From: Chrysomallon squamiferum
Taxonomy: Eukaryota; Animalia; Mollusca
NCBI GenBank assembly: GCA_012295275.1
Contig: CM022667.1
Span: 2,666,001 to 2,730,000 of the forward strand
DNA: 64,000 bases
Reading direction: 5' to 3'
The notes beneath the pieces are model-generated. The model saw nothing but the letters and a program-made list of their open reading frames with translations, made no database searches and was not told the DNA's origin. This document shows positions 15,424 through 33,025 of the stretch, piece after piece (position 1 is the stretch's first letter; each line of letters starts with the position of its first letter). A program made the position numbers and the translations under genes.

Positions 15424-17254
15424 GATGTGACAAATGTTGTTTATCTTACCAGGGAGTGTCTGATGTCAGCTGTTAAATACAATGAAGAAGCAGGATTGAA
15501 GTGTCCATTCCAGGATGAAGTGTATGTCTGTAATGCCATGCTTCAAGATCGAGAAGTGAGAGCGGTGAGTTGTGAAATCTAGAATGCTGCTAGTCTAGTA
15601 CTAGTTTCATATTTCTAAGTCACAGTTGTCTAGTTTCAGTAGTAATTTACTACACAGCACAGAACAATCCAGCCACATGTCCAGGTTTCCTTTCATAAAA
15701 TCCCAACCATCATTTTTCTTACCATATATTTATATATATATATATATATATATATAATCTGTAAACTAGGTGTTGTGCGTGTGTGGTGGGTAGGGTTGAT
15801 TGGGTGTTTGAAAACCAAATTATTTAGTATTACTTCATTTTAATTTTAATTTATTTTTTAAACTTTGGAAATAAAATATAATTTATACACACACACATAC
15901 AATACAAACATATGCACAGTTCAAAGGGAAAGAAAAAGATTACAAAAACTAGTAATCTTTAGAAATAAAGATAAATTCACCTGTATTCAACTATGAAATT
16001 ACATTATATATTGTTAGATAGATCTATCTATCTATCTATATATCTAAAGTATACATAACTTACTTGACAAGAAAAACCTTCAATATTACATTCAGCATGC
16101 AAATTAAACTCATTCTCTCTCTCTCATTATTTATAAAACATATAAATTAAATACATTTTTATATACTTCCATCTATTTTTGTTTTCTGTGAACAGACTAG
16201 GGGTAAGATTAATAAATAAATATATATACATATATATAAGATAGGTAGATTAGTAGAAAATAAATATATAGATATAGATATAGATTGTTTTTTGTTTTTT
16301 TCAGCTTGTAGATCCAGAAATGTATGACCGTTACCTGAAGCGAAGTTTGGATTTGGCAGAGAGTCAGGCTGAAAACAGTTACCACTGCAAGTCTGCTGAC
16401 TGTCCAGGCTGGTGCATCTACGAGGATCTTGTCAACTTCTTCACCTGTCCTATCTGCCAGAAGGAAAACTGCCTTACATGCAAGGCCATTCATGAAGGAC
16501 TCAACTGCAAACAGTATCAGGAAGACTTGAAGTTACGAGCTCTGAACGACGAGGCAGCCAAACAGACTCAAGAAATGCTGGAAGTAGGTTTTATGATTTG
16601 TCTGTATGTATATATGTATGTATATATGTATGTATGTATGTATGTATGTGTGTGTGTGTGTGAGCGAGATTTTTTTGGATAACACCGTTTAGAAACAAAA
16701 TCTTGCTTAGAGCACTGTTTGAAACCTGATAGTTCACTGTTTTGCATGATTTTTTTTTTTTTTTTTTTTGTTTTGTTGTTGTATGAGACTTATTCTGAGC
16801 TGTGTTTTGCAGAAAATGTTACAAGAGGGAAATGCCATGCACTGTCCTAAGTGTAAGATTATCGTGCAGAAGAAAGATGGATGTGACTGGATCAGGTGCT
16901 CCATCTGTAAAACAGAAATCTGCTGGGTTACAAAAGGTCCAAGATGGGGACCCAATGTAAGTAAATTATTAGTCATTTGTGAAAATGAGGAGAATAAAAA
17001 AAAAAAAAAAATTTATATATATAGATATATATTTCTTTTTTAGAAGTTATTATTTTGTTATGATTTTTTTTTAAAAATACATGTATAATCTTCCATGTAC
17101 ATTATTTATATAAAAAAACATTTAAATAAAAAATAGGTACATATAGATGATGTGCAATTCCATTTACTGTTGGTAATTTTTTCACCATAAAAAGATTCTG
17201 ACGTCAAACAATATTTTTGTCTATAGATTCAGTGAGTAACATAGATCTATATGT

Positions 17255-19640
<2,386 letters not shown>

Positions 19641-21011
19641 AAAAGTGTTTTTTTTAGATTTGTAATTTACCTAATATTATTAACAAAATAATCTGATTCT
19701 AAAATGAAAAAGTTAAAGGTATTTTATTTATTTATAAACTTTTCTTTTAATCAAAACATTAACAAAACTAATAAGATTCTAAATTGTATTTTTTTTTCAC
19801 TGCATTTTAAATACAAATTATTTGAATTTTATAATCCTTTGTCACTGTTGTTATTAACTGCTGTAAAGGATATTTCTGTATATACAAGAAAGCACATATT
19901 GCAATATTTAACACTAACTGTAGAGTTCAGGCTGGGACAGGTAAAATTTTCATCAACTACATTCACTTCTTCATTCTTTTGGATGTTCACCATTTCCTTA
20001 GAATTTGAATACAATGCACAAATAAATAGCAATGAAAAATCATTATTATTGTTGTTACTGGTATTTTTTTTTACAGAAAACATAGTAACTTTAACAATTA
20101 TTATATTAAATATGGAAACTTTTCTATCACAGATTACATTTTTTTTTTTTTTTTTGAACTTGTTAACCCTATCCAAGCACACTGGTTTAGCAGATCTCAG
20201 TTTTTGTTGTTTGTTTTTTGTTGTTTCATTTTTGAAAATCAAAATTTGCCCACTAAGAACTGAATCTATCGAGCACTTGATATTTTTTTTAACAAAATAA
20301 AAATCCAAAACTGATTTAACAGTACAAACTGGACAAAAGGGATTCCAAGTTTTTCTGATACTTCAAGAAGATGTATAATATAACTCACCAGTTTAACATT
20401 AAAAACACTATTTACAACATAGTTCACAAATAGACTTCCGAGTTCAAGCAATATGTGTAGCAACTGCATCTCCTATCCAAATCATTAACCAAAAAAATGC
20501 TACATTCAGGAGATACTTTTAATATAACTGGGTTATACATTCACAAGTTTCAGATTAATATTTGGAAGATTGGTCTTGTTATGTCCTTCAGATGGTAAAC
20601 TTGTTAAATAACAAGAACACAGAAAACAAGAAACATTATGAATCACAAGACAGATGAAGGTTCAGGTGATCTCAAAACTTAGAACAGATGTCTATAACAT
20701 CAAAGGTTTGAAAGCTTGGATCCTGAAAGGCTAGAACATCATGTCTAATATGATTGTAACGTCATCCATCTATAATGTGTAGAAGAAATAAGAAGATGCA
20801 ACCTCAAGAAACATACATCTAGAACATTAAGCATTACTTGGCTGGAACTTCACGCACCACATGAATGCCGTTTTAAGGATCCACTGACTAGAACTTCAAA
20901 ATTCAGATGAGACTGAACTTCATGAATCAGACAGCTCAAAGCTCTTCATTCAGATGGCTTGAACTTCAGGAATCAGACAGTTGAAACATCAAGAATCAAA
21001 CAACTGGAGCC

Positions 21012-24000
21012 TTATGAATCAGAAGACTGCACTTCAAGTGAAATCTCTTCTAGAAGAGAATCTCCTGGTTGCACATACTGAATCACATATCCCTCCCCAA
21101 CATATCCTGTCCCATCAGATCCTGGGTTACCATCAGACAGGACAACCTGCTCACCATCCTGCTGCACAATAATTGTCTCTGGATCTACAACAACCATCTG
21201 ACCATCATCGGCCTGAACAGCTACCATTTGACCAGTGTTGGCCTGCAAAGTGACCATCTGACCATTATTGGCCTGCACAGCCACCATCTGTCCATTTTCT
21301 GTCTTAATGTCTGTCTGTTTCTGGGCATCCTGCAGATAAATGAATGTTAGATTATAAGTACCTATTGTTTAGTAATTTACTCAGTATCATGTTTACTGTG
21401 GGTCTCAATATCATTACAGCAAAATAATGACAATTTTTTTTTTTTTTCCAAGGTAAACTTAAGAAATTCCTTTTAAAAAATGATTTAAAGTACAGAAAAT
21501 ACCACACAAACAAATGAAAACAAAGCTCACTGACACATATAATTATTTTGACATAAACCATAAAAGTCAAGTACAAATATGGTTTCCTCATAATTCTATT
21601 GTTTAAAGTAATTTAATGAACAAATAACTACCCTACATAATAAAAATAAAAATAAAAAAAAATAAAAAAATAAAAATAATAATAATAATCAGCCATTGAG
21701 TGTTATAATAATGAATTTAATGTAATTAAAATATATATTAACTTTATCAGCATTCTTTATGGACTATTTCTAAATTAAACATAAAACAATGGGCTTTTGA
21801 AGTTACTCATTCTTTATACTAAGTTTCCATTTAAAAACGTTGGTTTCTTCAGACATTGTGAAACCACAGTGACTATAAATTACATTACTGGCTCATTAAG
21901 AATATTTTCATGATGAAAAGTTATTAAGGAAAAGCTTATCTACTTCTTGGTTTGACTCCTGGGAGATGTCAATGATCTGCTGCAATAAACTGACTGCTGA
22001 GGCCGTCTTTTCGTCCAGTCCAGAGGTGTAAGTTTCCTCTGTAAAATCACAACAGATGTGTTAAAAAAAAAAAAAAAAAAAATAACTTATGTGTTAGTTA
22101 AAACCATAACATTTAAGAATCATGTTAGGAAAAATTGTAATAGATTTGTTAGTAAAAATCATAATAGATGAGTTAATTAAAATTGTAATGTGTCAGTCAA
22201 AATGATAAAAGATGTGGTTATTATTAAGACTTGAATACTAACAGATTTCAGCAAAAGCGTAACAAAAGAGTAACATGATAAATGAAAAGACAAGAGAAAG
22301 GAACAATTAAATATCTAAACCTGTTTGTTGTTGATTTTCCATCGAGTTGACTGCATTGACCGATTCCTTCATAGGGTCATCAGCACACTGAACTACCTAC
22401 ATGTACAAAAATAAACACCTAAAATATTAATATTTAACAATCTGATGCCAACAGGTTGAGTAATACTGGAAATAGCATAGATTTTAACTACAGGTTTTAT
22501 TTTCTTGAAATTCATAATCTTGAAAGCAATATCTTTTACAATGATGACATCCAATCTTTTTCTGAAATCCCAAATCTATCCTCAAGAACAAAATATCCCG
22601 TAACTCAACCCAATCACTTTACCTGCACTTCAGAGATCTGCACCTGGTCCAGATCGGTGATGCCCTGAACATGTACTTGATGCCGAATTCTCAGATGACG
22701 TTTCAAGTCCGACAGGTTTCCGAATATGTAGTCACAGCTGAGACATTTGTAGACTCTGGAGTCAACTAAAATGTTGCGTGGGGCAGCTCGCTCGCTTGGG
22801 TTGTAGGCCAGACCTTTGTGGCTCTTTGCATAGTGTATCTTGAGGTAGCCGATGGTGTTGGCTGAGTAGTCGCAGTGTGCACACACAAAACGTTTCAAAA
22901 CGTCGTGAGTCTCTTGATGACGTTTCAGATGACTTCTTTGAGTTGCTTCATAAGGACATCTAGAAAAAAAAATTTAAAATATTTTAAGATTTGTAATGTA
23001 AAACAACAAAGGCTAATTTATTAATAACATAACCTGTATTTTTAATATTTCAATAATTTCTGTTTTGCAAGCATATAACTTGTATTTTTAACAATTTAAC
23101 CAATCTACGTGTGTACTTTTTAATAAAACATCTACATAATTTTGGTACCTTTCAATATCTTCATAAAGCTGCATTTTCCTAACCAAAACACATGCTGAGC
23201 ACACAAAAACATTAATTTTAAAACCAACATACATTTAAATTATTACAATAGCTTTTGTTTTTTTATACTTCAGTGCTTGATAACTACATTCTATAACAAA
23301 ACTGTGTTATTATAATTTGTATTTCTCTTCCTCAAGATGTAGTAAGTTAACTGGTGTATTTTAAAACACTAACAATCTGCTCTTTACCTGTCGCACTTGA
23401 AGAGTTTCCCGTGTTTGTGAGATTTGACATGCCAGCGAAGCGCTGTTCTCGACTTGTAAGCTTTGCCACACTCGTTGCACAGGAATGGTTTCTCTGCTGA
23501 GTGTCTGAGCATGTGGTTTTGTAGATTGTTCTTGCTGCGACAGCCGTACGGACACATCGGACACTTGAATGGCTTGATTCCCTCGTGCATCCACAGATGT
23601 TTCTGGAGCTCCGAGTTGGCTCGGGTAAACACTCTATCACAGTATGGGCACTTGTAGGTGTGTCGACCTGCAAAGTAGGATTTTAGATACACACAGTTAT
23701 TACTTAACTACACAGTAATAACTTAACTGATAGCGCACATACACACACACACACACTCCCAGAATCCCACACATGCATACATTCCCATACTTGCACACAC
23801 ATGATACTATTTCACAAACACACACATCACATATAAATTTATTGGGTTTTTTCATCGATTGAAGCAAAATCTTCAATCTAACGGATTCACATGAATTTAT
23901 AAATCATTAAATCAACACAATTTGATTACAAATATCTCTTACAAGCACGTCTTTCAACTGACAACTTTAAAAACTTGACTGTGGAATTATGTTATAAATA

Positions 24001-25148
24001 ATTACCCATCTTGCCCTGAATTTTGTGAGTGTGACTCAGCTGAGAACCGGTTATTCTGGCCACCTCATCACTGTCCAGTTCAGGGTGGACAACCAACAGA
24101 TGACCTCTCAATAACTTTAGACTGAAAAACAACACAACCATCAGTAACTACATGTAAAAAAATCATAATACACTTCTAAAATAGAAAAATCCCATTGTAT
24201 AACTCAGTAACTGTTTTATATTTAATATAGTTGGTGTTTATATAATTAGTTCATTGTGGTTGTTCCAGATTGTTACATTGTTAACGTAGTGAATCATTCA
24301 TATTTTTATCTTTGTCAATATTTAAATATAATAACATCAAAATAATGCAAACATATAATTTTTGTATGGGAATATAAACTGAATCAGTATTTGAGAGACT
24401 GATAAACAGATTCATTTCACCAAAGGAACATAAACAGACACTAACCCACTCATCTATTTCACTCATTCACTTTAAACCCTCCATTATGAAAGCACCAAAA
24501 CACTTACAAAAGTACCGACACGAAACTGAACAATAAAAAGACCACACCTGTTGAACTTCTGGTCGCACTGTTGACACTGGAGGCCAGTGATGCCGAGGTG
24601 TTTAAGATGGTGACTCCACAGCTGGCTGCGGCTGTTGGTGATGAAGGAGCACTCCTTGCACTGGAACTGGACGTTGCCGTGCTCGCGGTCTACGTGTTGT
24701 CGAAGAATCTCCTTGCTGATGGCTCGGAAACTGCAGTTGTCGTTATCACAAACAAATGGCTTGTCACCTAAAAATAAATATTTCAAAACGTTATACAGGA
24801 ACACAGATCTTAATACAATATAAAAAATAACCACACACTGATACATATATGGTTATTATAGAATAGAAACTCCTGTACACATGGTTTTAAGCAGGCATAT
24901 AAACATATATATATATATAAATATATTCTGTATTTTCATACACACAGACATACATCAAATCAGATTCATGTTCATAAAAATGCACTCACAGAGTTATGTT
25001 ATTCATAAAAAAATAAAATGTTAGAGTTAGTTATTCATAAAAACCCAAAAAAACATGTTGATACTCTATGAATTTTCTACACACAAAATTTTTCATTTAA
25101 AAAATAAAATAAATACCTTTTTTATACCAACTTAATTTCTTATCAGTG

Positions 25149-25202
<54 letters not shown>

Positions 25203-28200
25203 CGTATTATGCATTTTCTTCATTAAAAAAATTATAATTGCTGTTCCTGTATTAAGTTTTTACCTGTGTGAGTTCTCACATGAGGTTCAAAGTCTGTCTT
25301 GTTGTAGAAAAGTTTTCCACAAAATTCACACTCCTCTGTTCCAAATGTTTCTCGCAGTTTGTGAAAAATTTCCATTGTCATGTTTCTGTAGCCAAGTTTC
25401 TCTATGAAATCTTTCAGATGTCGGTCTGTTCCATTACTTGCACTGGCTACGGCATCATCTTTTTGATCAACGTCTACTTCCATAGCAGCATCGTCAGTAC
25501 AGTTGTTTTCAGAGCTCTGTGTTTTGTCTACCATGTCAGAATGTTCTAGATTTTCTGCATCTCTCTCTGCCTGATCATCATGTGTATTAACCAAACAACT
25601 TGACTGGTCACTGTTTCTGTCAGCTGACCCTTCTCCAGGTATTTCATTACCCAGTTCCATGAGCCCACTGGAATTATTTTGAGCTTCAGAAGAATTTAAC
25701 GTATTAATCTGTTCTGCTTTCTCACTGCACAGATTATTTCTGTCTAAGCCACTTCTTGCGTTTGCAGTTTTAACATTGTTTGTAAGATGGCAGAATTGTC
25801 TTCACCATCACTAGTCTTATTTTCATTTGATGTCATCTCCGAACTGGAATTGTTCTTATTGACACTATCATCGAAACAAGACTGCTCACTCAGTTCACTA
25901 GTTGCAGCTGCTAACACACCACACACCTCATTTAATGGCTTCTCTGCTGGTTTAAGAATTCCGCTGTCACTTCCAGCCTGTGAGGGGTTTTCAGACCTAA
26001 GAGACAACTTGCTTTTAGCCACAGACCCATCATTAGTCACTGCTAAGTCATCATCGACATTCTCAATAGCCACCTCTTTGAACTCGTCGGGAATGTTGGC
26101 ATGTTTGCTCTTTATGCTGTCCTGTGGTTCTGGCAGATACAGACTGTTGTCGATGCTCTTCTCAAACAGTGTCTCCCACTGGCTCGTGTCGTCCTGCATG
26201 TGGACACTGGTCAAGTGTTCTATGAGCCGCACTGTGCTGGGGAACTTGCTGTCACAGTAATAACACCTGTAAATTTAATAATAAGTTTAATAATTAGACT
26301 GAACTGAATCACATTATATAATTTGCAGCCAGTCAAATATTTACCAAAATTATTCAATATCAAATATTTCCTGCACAATTTTTAAGATATATCAATAATG
26401 TAATTATATGAATTTGCCTACTACTGATGTCTCTGTTTTTCTGAAAGTCTTTTTCTACCATATATCAAAACTAATTTATCATCATTTTCCAAAAACCCTT
26501 TGTAAGATTACTAACCTACATATATGTCTGTGTTTCTGGTTCTGTTTCTACCAGATACCAAAAATTATTTTATCACTATCTTCTAAAAATCCTATGTAAG
26601 ATTACTTACCTGTAGATGACTCTGTGTTTCTGGTAGTGTTTTTCCAAGTACACTCTGCGGCTGGCACTGTAATCACACAGTTCACAGTGTTGGATGTTAG
26701 GAAGGTCTTTGATGTCGTGGACAAAGAGATGTCTGTCTCTGTCAATTTTCTTCTTGAACTTTCTGTTACACACATGACACTGGTGGATGACTGTGGCTCC
26801 TCTCTGATGTCCTAAACATGAGGAATAGAAAATTAGTAAAAGGATAATTCCTTTAATTTTTGTTAATTATCTGTAACAGTAACAGTAATTTTGAAATATG
26901 AAAATGAAGTAGGTTTTATGAATGAATAAATAAAACTGCGACACATTTTTATATTTATATTTGTTCTTTTTTTTTTTTTTTTTTTTGTATAATAAATTAA
27001 CAATATTTAATGTTATTTCAGCTCATTTTAATCCTAATGACAATAATTTTGTATTTTCATATATTTTAATATAACAGAGGAAATCCAATGCTGTCAATAC
27101 TAGCACTAACAACATCGTCTGTAAGCAAACAATTCTTTTCATCTGCACCTTCCCAATGACAGGGGAAAAAACAACACAACATCATAATAAATAAGAAACC
27201 AACTGTTAATCAGATGCCAGCTGTGTGAATTGAGCCTGAAACCTATTATCTACTGCCCACTTAAATTACAGTTTCAGTTTCCGATACAGTGATAACATAA
27301 CTATGGTGTCAATTACATCAACACTTAAACAGGTTACCTTTCATGAAAGATGACAGGTATTCTCGCCCCACTGCAGAGAAAGGGTGGTATTTGCGGATGT
27401 GGTTGATCAGTGACTTGACGGTGTTGTAGTCTTTCTTGCACAATGCACACTGGTGACGACTTGAGCTGTGGGTTGATTCATGTTCCACCAGGTGACTCTT
27501 GTTCACTGACCGGAACGAACATTTCTTACACCTGTAGAACTGACCTGTGTGTTTCCTCATGTGTGTGTATAAGTTACCTGTTAATAATTTAACATAATAA
27601 ACACTTTGCTGTATTGATTAGCAAGGATATGAAATTGATAATAACATGGGCTATTTTTTTAATGGCTAATTAAACATTTTTACACCTGTAGAATTATCAC
27701 GTGTCTCAGATTTTGACAAGATCACTGGATAAAAAAAGAAATTTAAAAAAATTAAATTATTTTATCTTTTGTTATTTTTTTATTATTATTATTTTTAACC
27801 TTTAGCATTCAATGAATAATAACAACTTTTTATTTTATTTTAAAGCTTTGATTAAAAGGGTTTTTATTACACCTATAGCATCTAAAGAACAGTTGCTTCT
27901 TTTTAAATATTTATCAGAAATTATTTTACACAATATTTTATGACAACCAATAATTACCAACCTACATTCATTTCCTTCTAACAATGTATAAAAAAAACTT
28001 ACTCAACATTTTCATGAATAATAATTACTAACGTACATTCATTTTCTTGTAAAAAAAAAAAAAATGTTCAAAACTTACTTGACTTTCGACGAATTAACGA
28101 TTAGTAATTTTAACTGTCACCTTTAGCGTTTGACGAGTATTCACACCTGGGACACTTGAAAGGCTTCAGGTCAGTGTGAATCAGACAGTGCAGCCTCATG

Positions 28201-31200
28201 TGCGACAGCGTTTTGAACACTTTCTCGCACACGTTGCAGCTGTACAGCGACAGCGAGCTCGACATGTTCCGCATCAGGTCCGCCTGCTCGTTCAGGTTCT
28301 GCTCGATGTGGTGAATCTTGAACATGCTGTCCACGCAGCTGAGGTCGACATTCAGCTGCTGCTCAAAGGAAAACTTCTCTGCCTCGTTCTTGAACACAGG
28401 GATGTCCTCGATGTAGTCTGACGGTTTCTCCTGGACGCTCGTTTCCGGGTCCTGGTCGGTCAAAACGTCCAGTTTCTGAACTCCACCATCGGTCATGATG
28501 TGGTCGCTGACATTGTAGTCATCTCCGTCAAAGTCCTCAATAGCACCTGCGTCATCGCTGTCATCGTCACCCAGGTCCATGTCCTCACCAGCTGGAAGTA
28601 TTGAACTAACAGATACACGTGAACGTTAACAATATCTTCACTGTCAGGGTAACTAATCATTTGTCTGTATAACTGGGTCTGTCACTAGATATTTAAAAGT
28701 AAGTTGGTTCTGTCACTAGATATTTAAATAGTAAGTTAATCTTCACTGTCAGGGTAACCAATCATTTCTGTCTGGTTCTGTCACTAGATATTTAAATAGT
28801 AAGTTAATCTTCACTGTCAGGGTAACTAATCATTTCTGTCTGTATAACTGGTTCTGTCACTAGACATTTAAATAGTAAATTATTCTAAATTAGCTACAGC
28901 AGTTAAAATTGGCTTAGCCAATGAGTAATAATTAACATGAGTTATAATAATGATTTCTTTTCTCAAGTTTAATTATATACACACAAACATTCTGGCAAGA
29001 ATTTATATATTAATATATTATATGAATTGGTATCATCCCAAATACACGAACACTTTCAACATTAAAACATATATTTTTACCTCATACATATACTAAATTT
29101 ATTTTTAACACACATTTGCACACACCAACACATGAAGAACAAAAATAATATCCATGACCTAACTGTTACTGACTATACAAATACTAACACCATAGACTAA
29201 GCCTTACCTTCCATTTTTATGACGTCTTTCTTCGATATGTCAATGTAGTCAGATGTTGCCAGACACTTATGTGTCGTGAAATGTCTCTCTTTGGTGAAAA
29301 CACGCCTACATCGTACACAGTGCAGTCGGCCATCTTTGTCTGCATTTCAATAACACAATTCTTATTATTTTTATTTTTCCTCTTTGTGGTGGATTTAAAA
29401 ATAAAGTGTTTCAGAATAAAGAAAACAAAAATATTGGTCTGAAAATAAATGGAGTAGGGGTATGTTGTGGGCACCATTGTTTGTAATGGTTTATTTTAAT
29501 TAGTTTAAATGAATGTATTTTAACAGCATTATCAAATAACAGTAATACAAATATTTCATATTACTATATAATTTGTGATTTATATCATTTCCATAAAAGA
29601 TAGATATATGACTTGTATGACTTGTTCAGCAGACAACTAAAATATTGTAAGGTACCATGTGTATATAATCTCTCGTTATACTTGATTATTGTAAAAGGCT
29701 AGAATTCAATTAAATCAACTGAAAGTAAATATAAAGTGCAATTTGCTGAGTTTGTATGTGAATATATTTAGGGTATTTAGGGTCATATATCAGAATGAAT
29801 GAAAGAAATGTTAATGACACCCAGTAGAAAAAAACATATTGGCTACTGGATGTCAAACCAAAGGTAAAACACAACAAAGTCATAAAAGGAATACTTTGAT
29901 CTGTAAAACTCAATTGTACTCAACTGACATTTAATTATTTTTAAAAAAACTCACATACCTTTTTCTGGAGCAGCTGCTTTTTCCGCTTCCTTCGTCACAC
30001 TGACTTCTGTCTGAGCTTTTCCTTCACCTTTGCGAGGCCGTCCTGGTTTCCTGCCTACAATATGTACAACATTTTTGCATTAATTATTGTGACATTTGTT
30101 TTCTTTTTCATCATATGATGTCGTAGAAACATTGCTATTTACAATTCTGTCTGAATATTAATGTAGGAACCCCAAGTTTACCTTTTATCAAGACATTTGA
30201 AAGATAAAAAGTTTCTGAATATTCAAAAATGATGTTGTGGTCTGATGAAATGAAAAACTATTAGTATTCATATATCTTTATAATCTTGTTATTTTTATTT
30301 TAATACTTTATTATTAGCCATGATTACCCTCCACTGATTCAGTGTCAGAACAGACATTAGATGTATTTATTTGTTTTATAAAGTAATAATAATAGTAACT
30401 AATTTTTATTTGTAGTTAACCTTCAGAAAATGAAATGTTTGCAGCAAAGTTGACAAGTAATAATAAAAACAAATTACTGTATTCTTCTTATAAACATGTA
30501 TCATTACTATGTTTGTTTTATTTAGATTAATGCAGGCGTCTGATGATTAACTTTACATCTCTTAAACACACCTTAATAATTGACAGTCATCAAAATCAAT
30601 ATCAGTTTAGAAAATGCTTTTTTGTCTACCCTGTTAAAAAACAATTAATTTTTATCTAAATTAATTACAACCTTTGACAATTTTCTCAACAAGTCATTAA
30701 TATGCCTGAACTGATATTCAGTTGATCAAAGTATTCACAAAAAAATCAAAATCAATTTAGGAAAGATATTTTGTGTCTCCTCTGTAACAAAACATTTATT
30801 TTCAAAAATGTCTTTATCATTTTTCTTGTCAACTTTTACATACCAACTTTAACCGGCTGTATGGCTGGCTGATCTGGTGTCTTGGTGAGTGGATTTGTTT
30901 CCTGGTTGATGTCATTATCAACTGAATTGTTTAGAATGATCACAGTCTGAGTGCCGCCATCTTCAAACGACTCAAGCGTGACACTGTGATCGATCCCATC
31001 TCCAAACAGGCTCTGGAGTGCCGATGTTGTGTCACTGTGCGAATCTGTCATCAAATGTGAATCTTTTATTAGCTACTTTTAATAAATAATAAGTCATATT
31101 TTATTAATTTAAATAAAAAATAATATTCCTCATTGTTCTCCAACTCTGTTGCTTATAATAAAATATCAATGACTGTAATAATTATTTACTATAAATAAAA

Positions 31201-31619
31201 AAATGTCCTCATGTTTTACACTCAGTTACTCTTCTTACAATAATTCTCTTTTTTATTTGTTTCTTTCCACTTTTATAATATGTATGAATTTAAAAAGTAT
31301 CTTGATTTTTATTCCATTCGTTCACATAAATGAAGAGTTTCAGCATAATTGTTCTGCTTATTTATTTTTTTTTTTTTTTTTTAAATTTTTATTTTATCTT
31401 TTTAACATTTTTTTATTTTTATTTTTATGAACAGTTAAACTTACCTCCTGAGATGGTATCTGGATCTGTAATCTCAGTTATCTCCCCTGATCCATTAACA
31501 TGAAGCTGGATTATTTCTGGTTGTTGGGTGGAACATCCTTCATTCTTATGTCCCATGAACACATCAATGTTATTGAAAGCTCCCTGGCAGTTACCACAGA
31601 TAAATGTATCAAGTGGCAT
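21012..31619 (-). CDS. ZFAT: ZFAT-like C2H2 zinc-finger / AT-hook transcription factor (~1320 aa; apparent frameshift in exon 8)
   Basis: 15 coding exons: 31445-31619, 30844-31044, 29959-30054 (AT-hook GRKPGRPRK), 29208-29339, 28121-28591, 27338-27577, 26610-26811, 25264-26266, 24548-24767, 24006-24121, 23388-23667, 22623-22959, 22321-22396, 21944-22038, 21012-21329. Finger arrays CNVCEKVFK...KPFKCPRCEYSSNAKGNLYTHMRKHTG and ELQKHLWMHEGIKPFKC...RSKNNLQNHMLRHSAEK resemble ZFAT as recalled. Confidence 0.85.
28632..28880. repeat. Intronic minisatellite, ~70-bp unit x ~3.5
   Basis: Repeated atcttcactgtcagggtaac.aatcattt...ctggttctgtcactagatatttaaatagtaagtt. Confidence 0.8.
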
Positions 31620-31636
31620 TTTCCTGAAGGTGCTGA

Positions 31637-31672
<36 letters not shown>

Positions 31673-32054
31673 GAATGAGCTATAATTTGTTGATAAAAAG
31701 ATAAATAAAAATACAAAAAAATCCTAGTGAGTTGATTAAAAACTTCTGACAAAGTTGCATTTACAGTTTTGTTGTTTCCCATGCTCTTAAAAAGAAATCA
31801 GATAAAAAAATAAATACACACACACACACACAAATAAAATATATATATTTTTAATTTATATATATATATATATATATAAAATAAGAAACAAAACCAATGG
31901 TTACCTAACCATCAAACTATACCACTTACCAGTCAACCAACCAAACTTGACACAAATCGTTAAGCACTGAAATTACATTCCTGTCCGAACATCAGATACC
32001 CATCTTTCAGATAGCTTTACCATAAAATACCATTCAAGTTTGATATAAAGTGTG

Positions 32055-32124
32055 CAGTGGCAAACCCTGTTTGAGTGGTACCCAGGGCACACACCGCACT
32101 TGCCATGCCTGGGGTATGCCACTG
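32055..32124. mobile_element. Possible tiny MITE remnant with CAGTGGCA...TGCCACTG inverted termini
   Basis: 8-bp perfect inverted termini around a GC-richer 70-bp core. No target-site duplication recognised. Confidence 0.35.
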
Positions 32125-32356
32125 GACCTCATAGGCATCAAGAAATACCAAATACAATTCCAGGGAATGTGTACAGAAAATTTCATTCTTTTTTTCTATT
32201 TCTGAGCAATGTGTATTTGCTTTTTTTTTTTAATTAAGATCAATTAATTTTAAAGTTAAATCCTGGATTTAAAATTAAATTAAAGATTTATATTTGTGGA
32301 TGAAGAAGAATATAAATCATACTGACAATACCTTTGATTTATTACTATTATTACAT

Positions 32357-32407
<51 letters not shown>

Positions 32408-32904
32408 TGTCACTATTGTTTCTTATTTATCTTAGCACCAACATTATTTAATGTATTCGTTCAAAAATTAATTTATAAAATTTAGGATGTTAATGCTAGG
32501 TTCTCCTAATGTTTAATTTTATGCAGGTATATTGCATGAGAAAGGTAAGAAAGTGCGTGTGGAAACACCGTTGGCATATGTAGCAGCCGACAAGAGGGGG
32601 AAATAGAAACAAATGAAAGCTTCCGGAAGTTGTTTTCTTTAACCGCTGTGTCGTAGTTACAATAAACTGAATAACATCGTTACATTAGATTTATATTTAA
32701 GAAATGTCCAAAATACTGATTTTAGCCGCCTTCAAACATAATTTTTTTTTGCAATAATGTCATATTTATAACGTTTCTAATCATATGTAACTGAATGCGA
32801 AACCAAAACAACATATGCAACTGGAGCTAAATTTACGGAACTAAAAAATTCTTACTGACATTTCAACAAATATTTCACAATAAATGGTGTGCAATCATTT
32901 ATAT

Positions 32905-33025
32905 TTACCCTTCACAGCAAGATGTGCTTTATGCAGATATTACTATATAGAAACGTCTGTAAATTGGCATTTTTCAATTGCGGCTACAAAATGGCGGACG
33001 AAATTTCTGCATCAGTGACGTCACA
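32905..33025 (-). promoter_or_regulatory. Putative ZFAT promoter and non-coding first exon
   Basis: Donor AGG|gtaaat at 32909/32908. YY1-type motif CAAAATGGCGG at 32987-32997 and a perfect CRE palindrome TGACGTCA at 33016-33023, in a locally CpG-richer patch. Confidence 0.55.

Noticed and set aside
19704-20308. 198-aa and 159-aa overlapping ORFs
   Set aside because: AT-rich, biased composition with no domain or splice support. Probably ZFAT 3' UTR or intergenic sequence.
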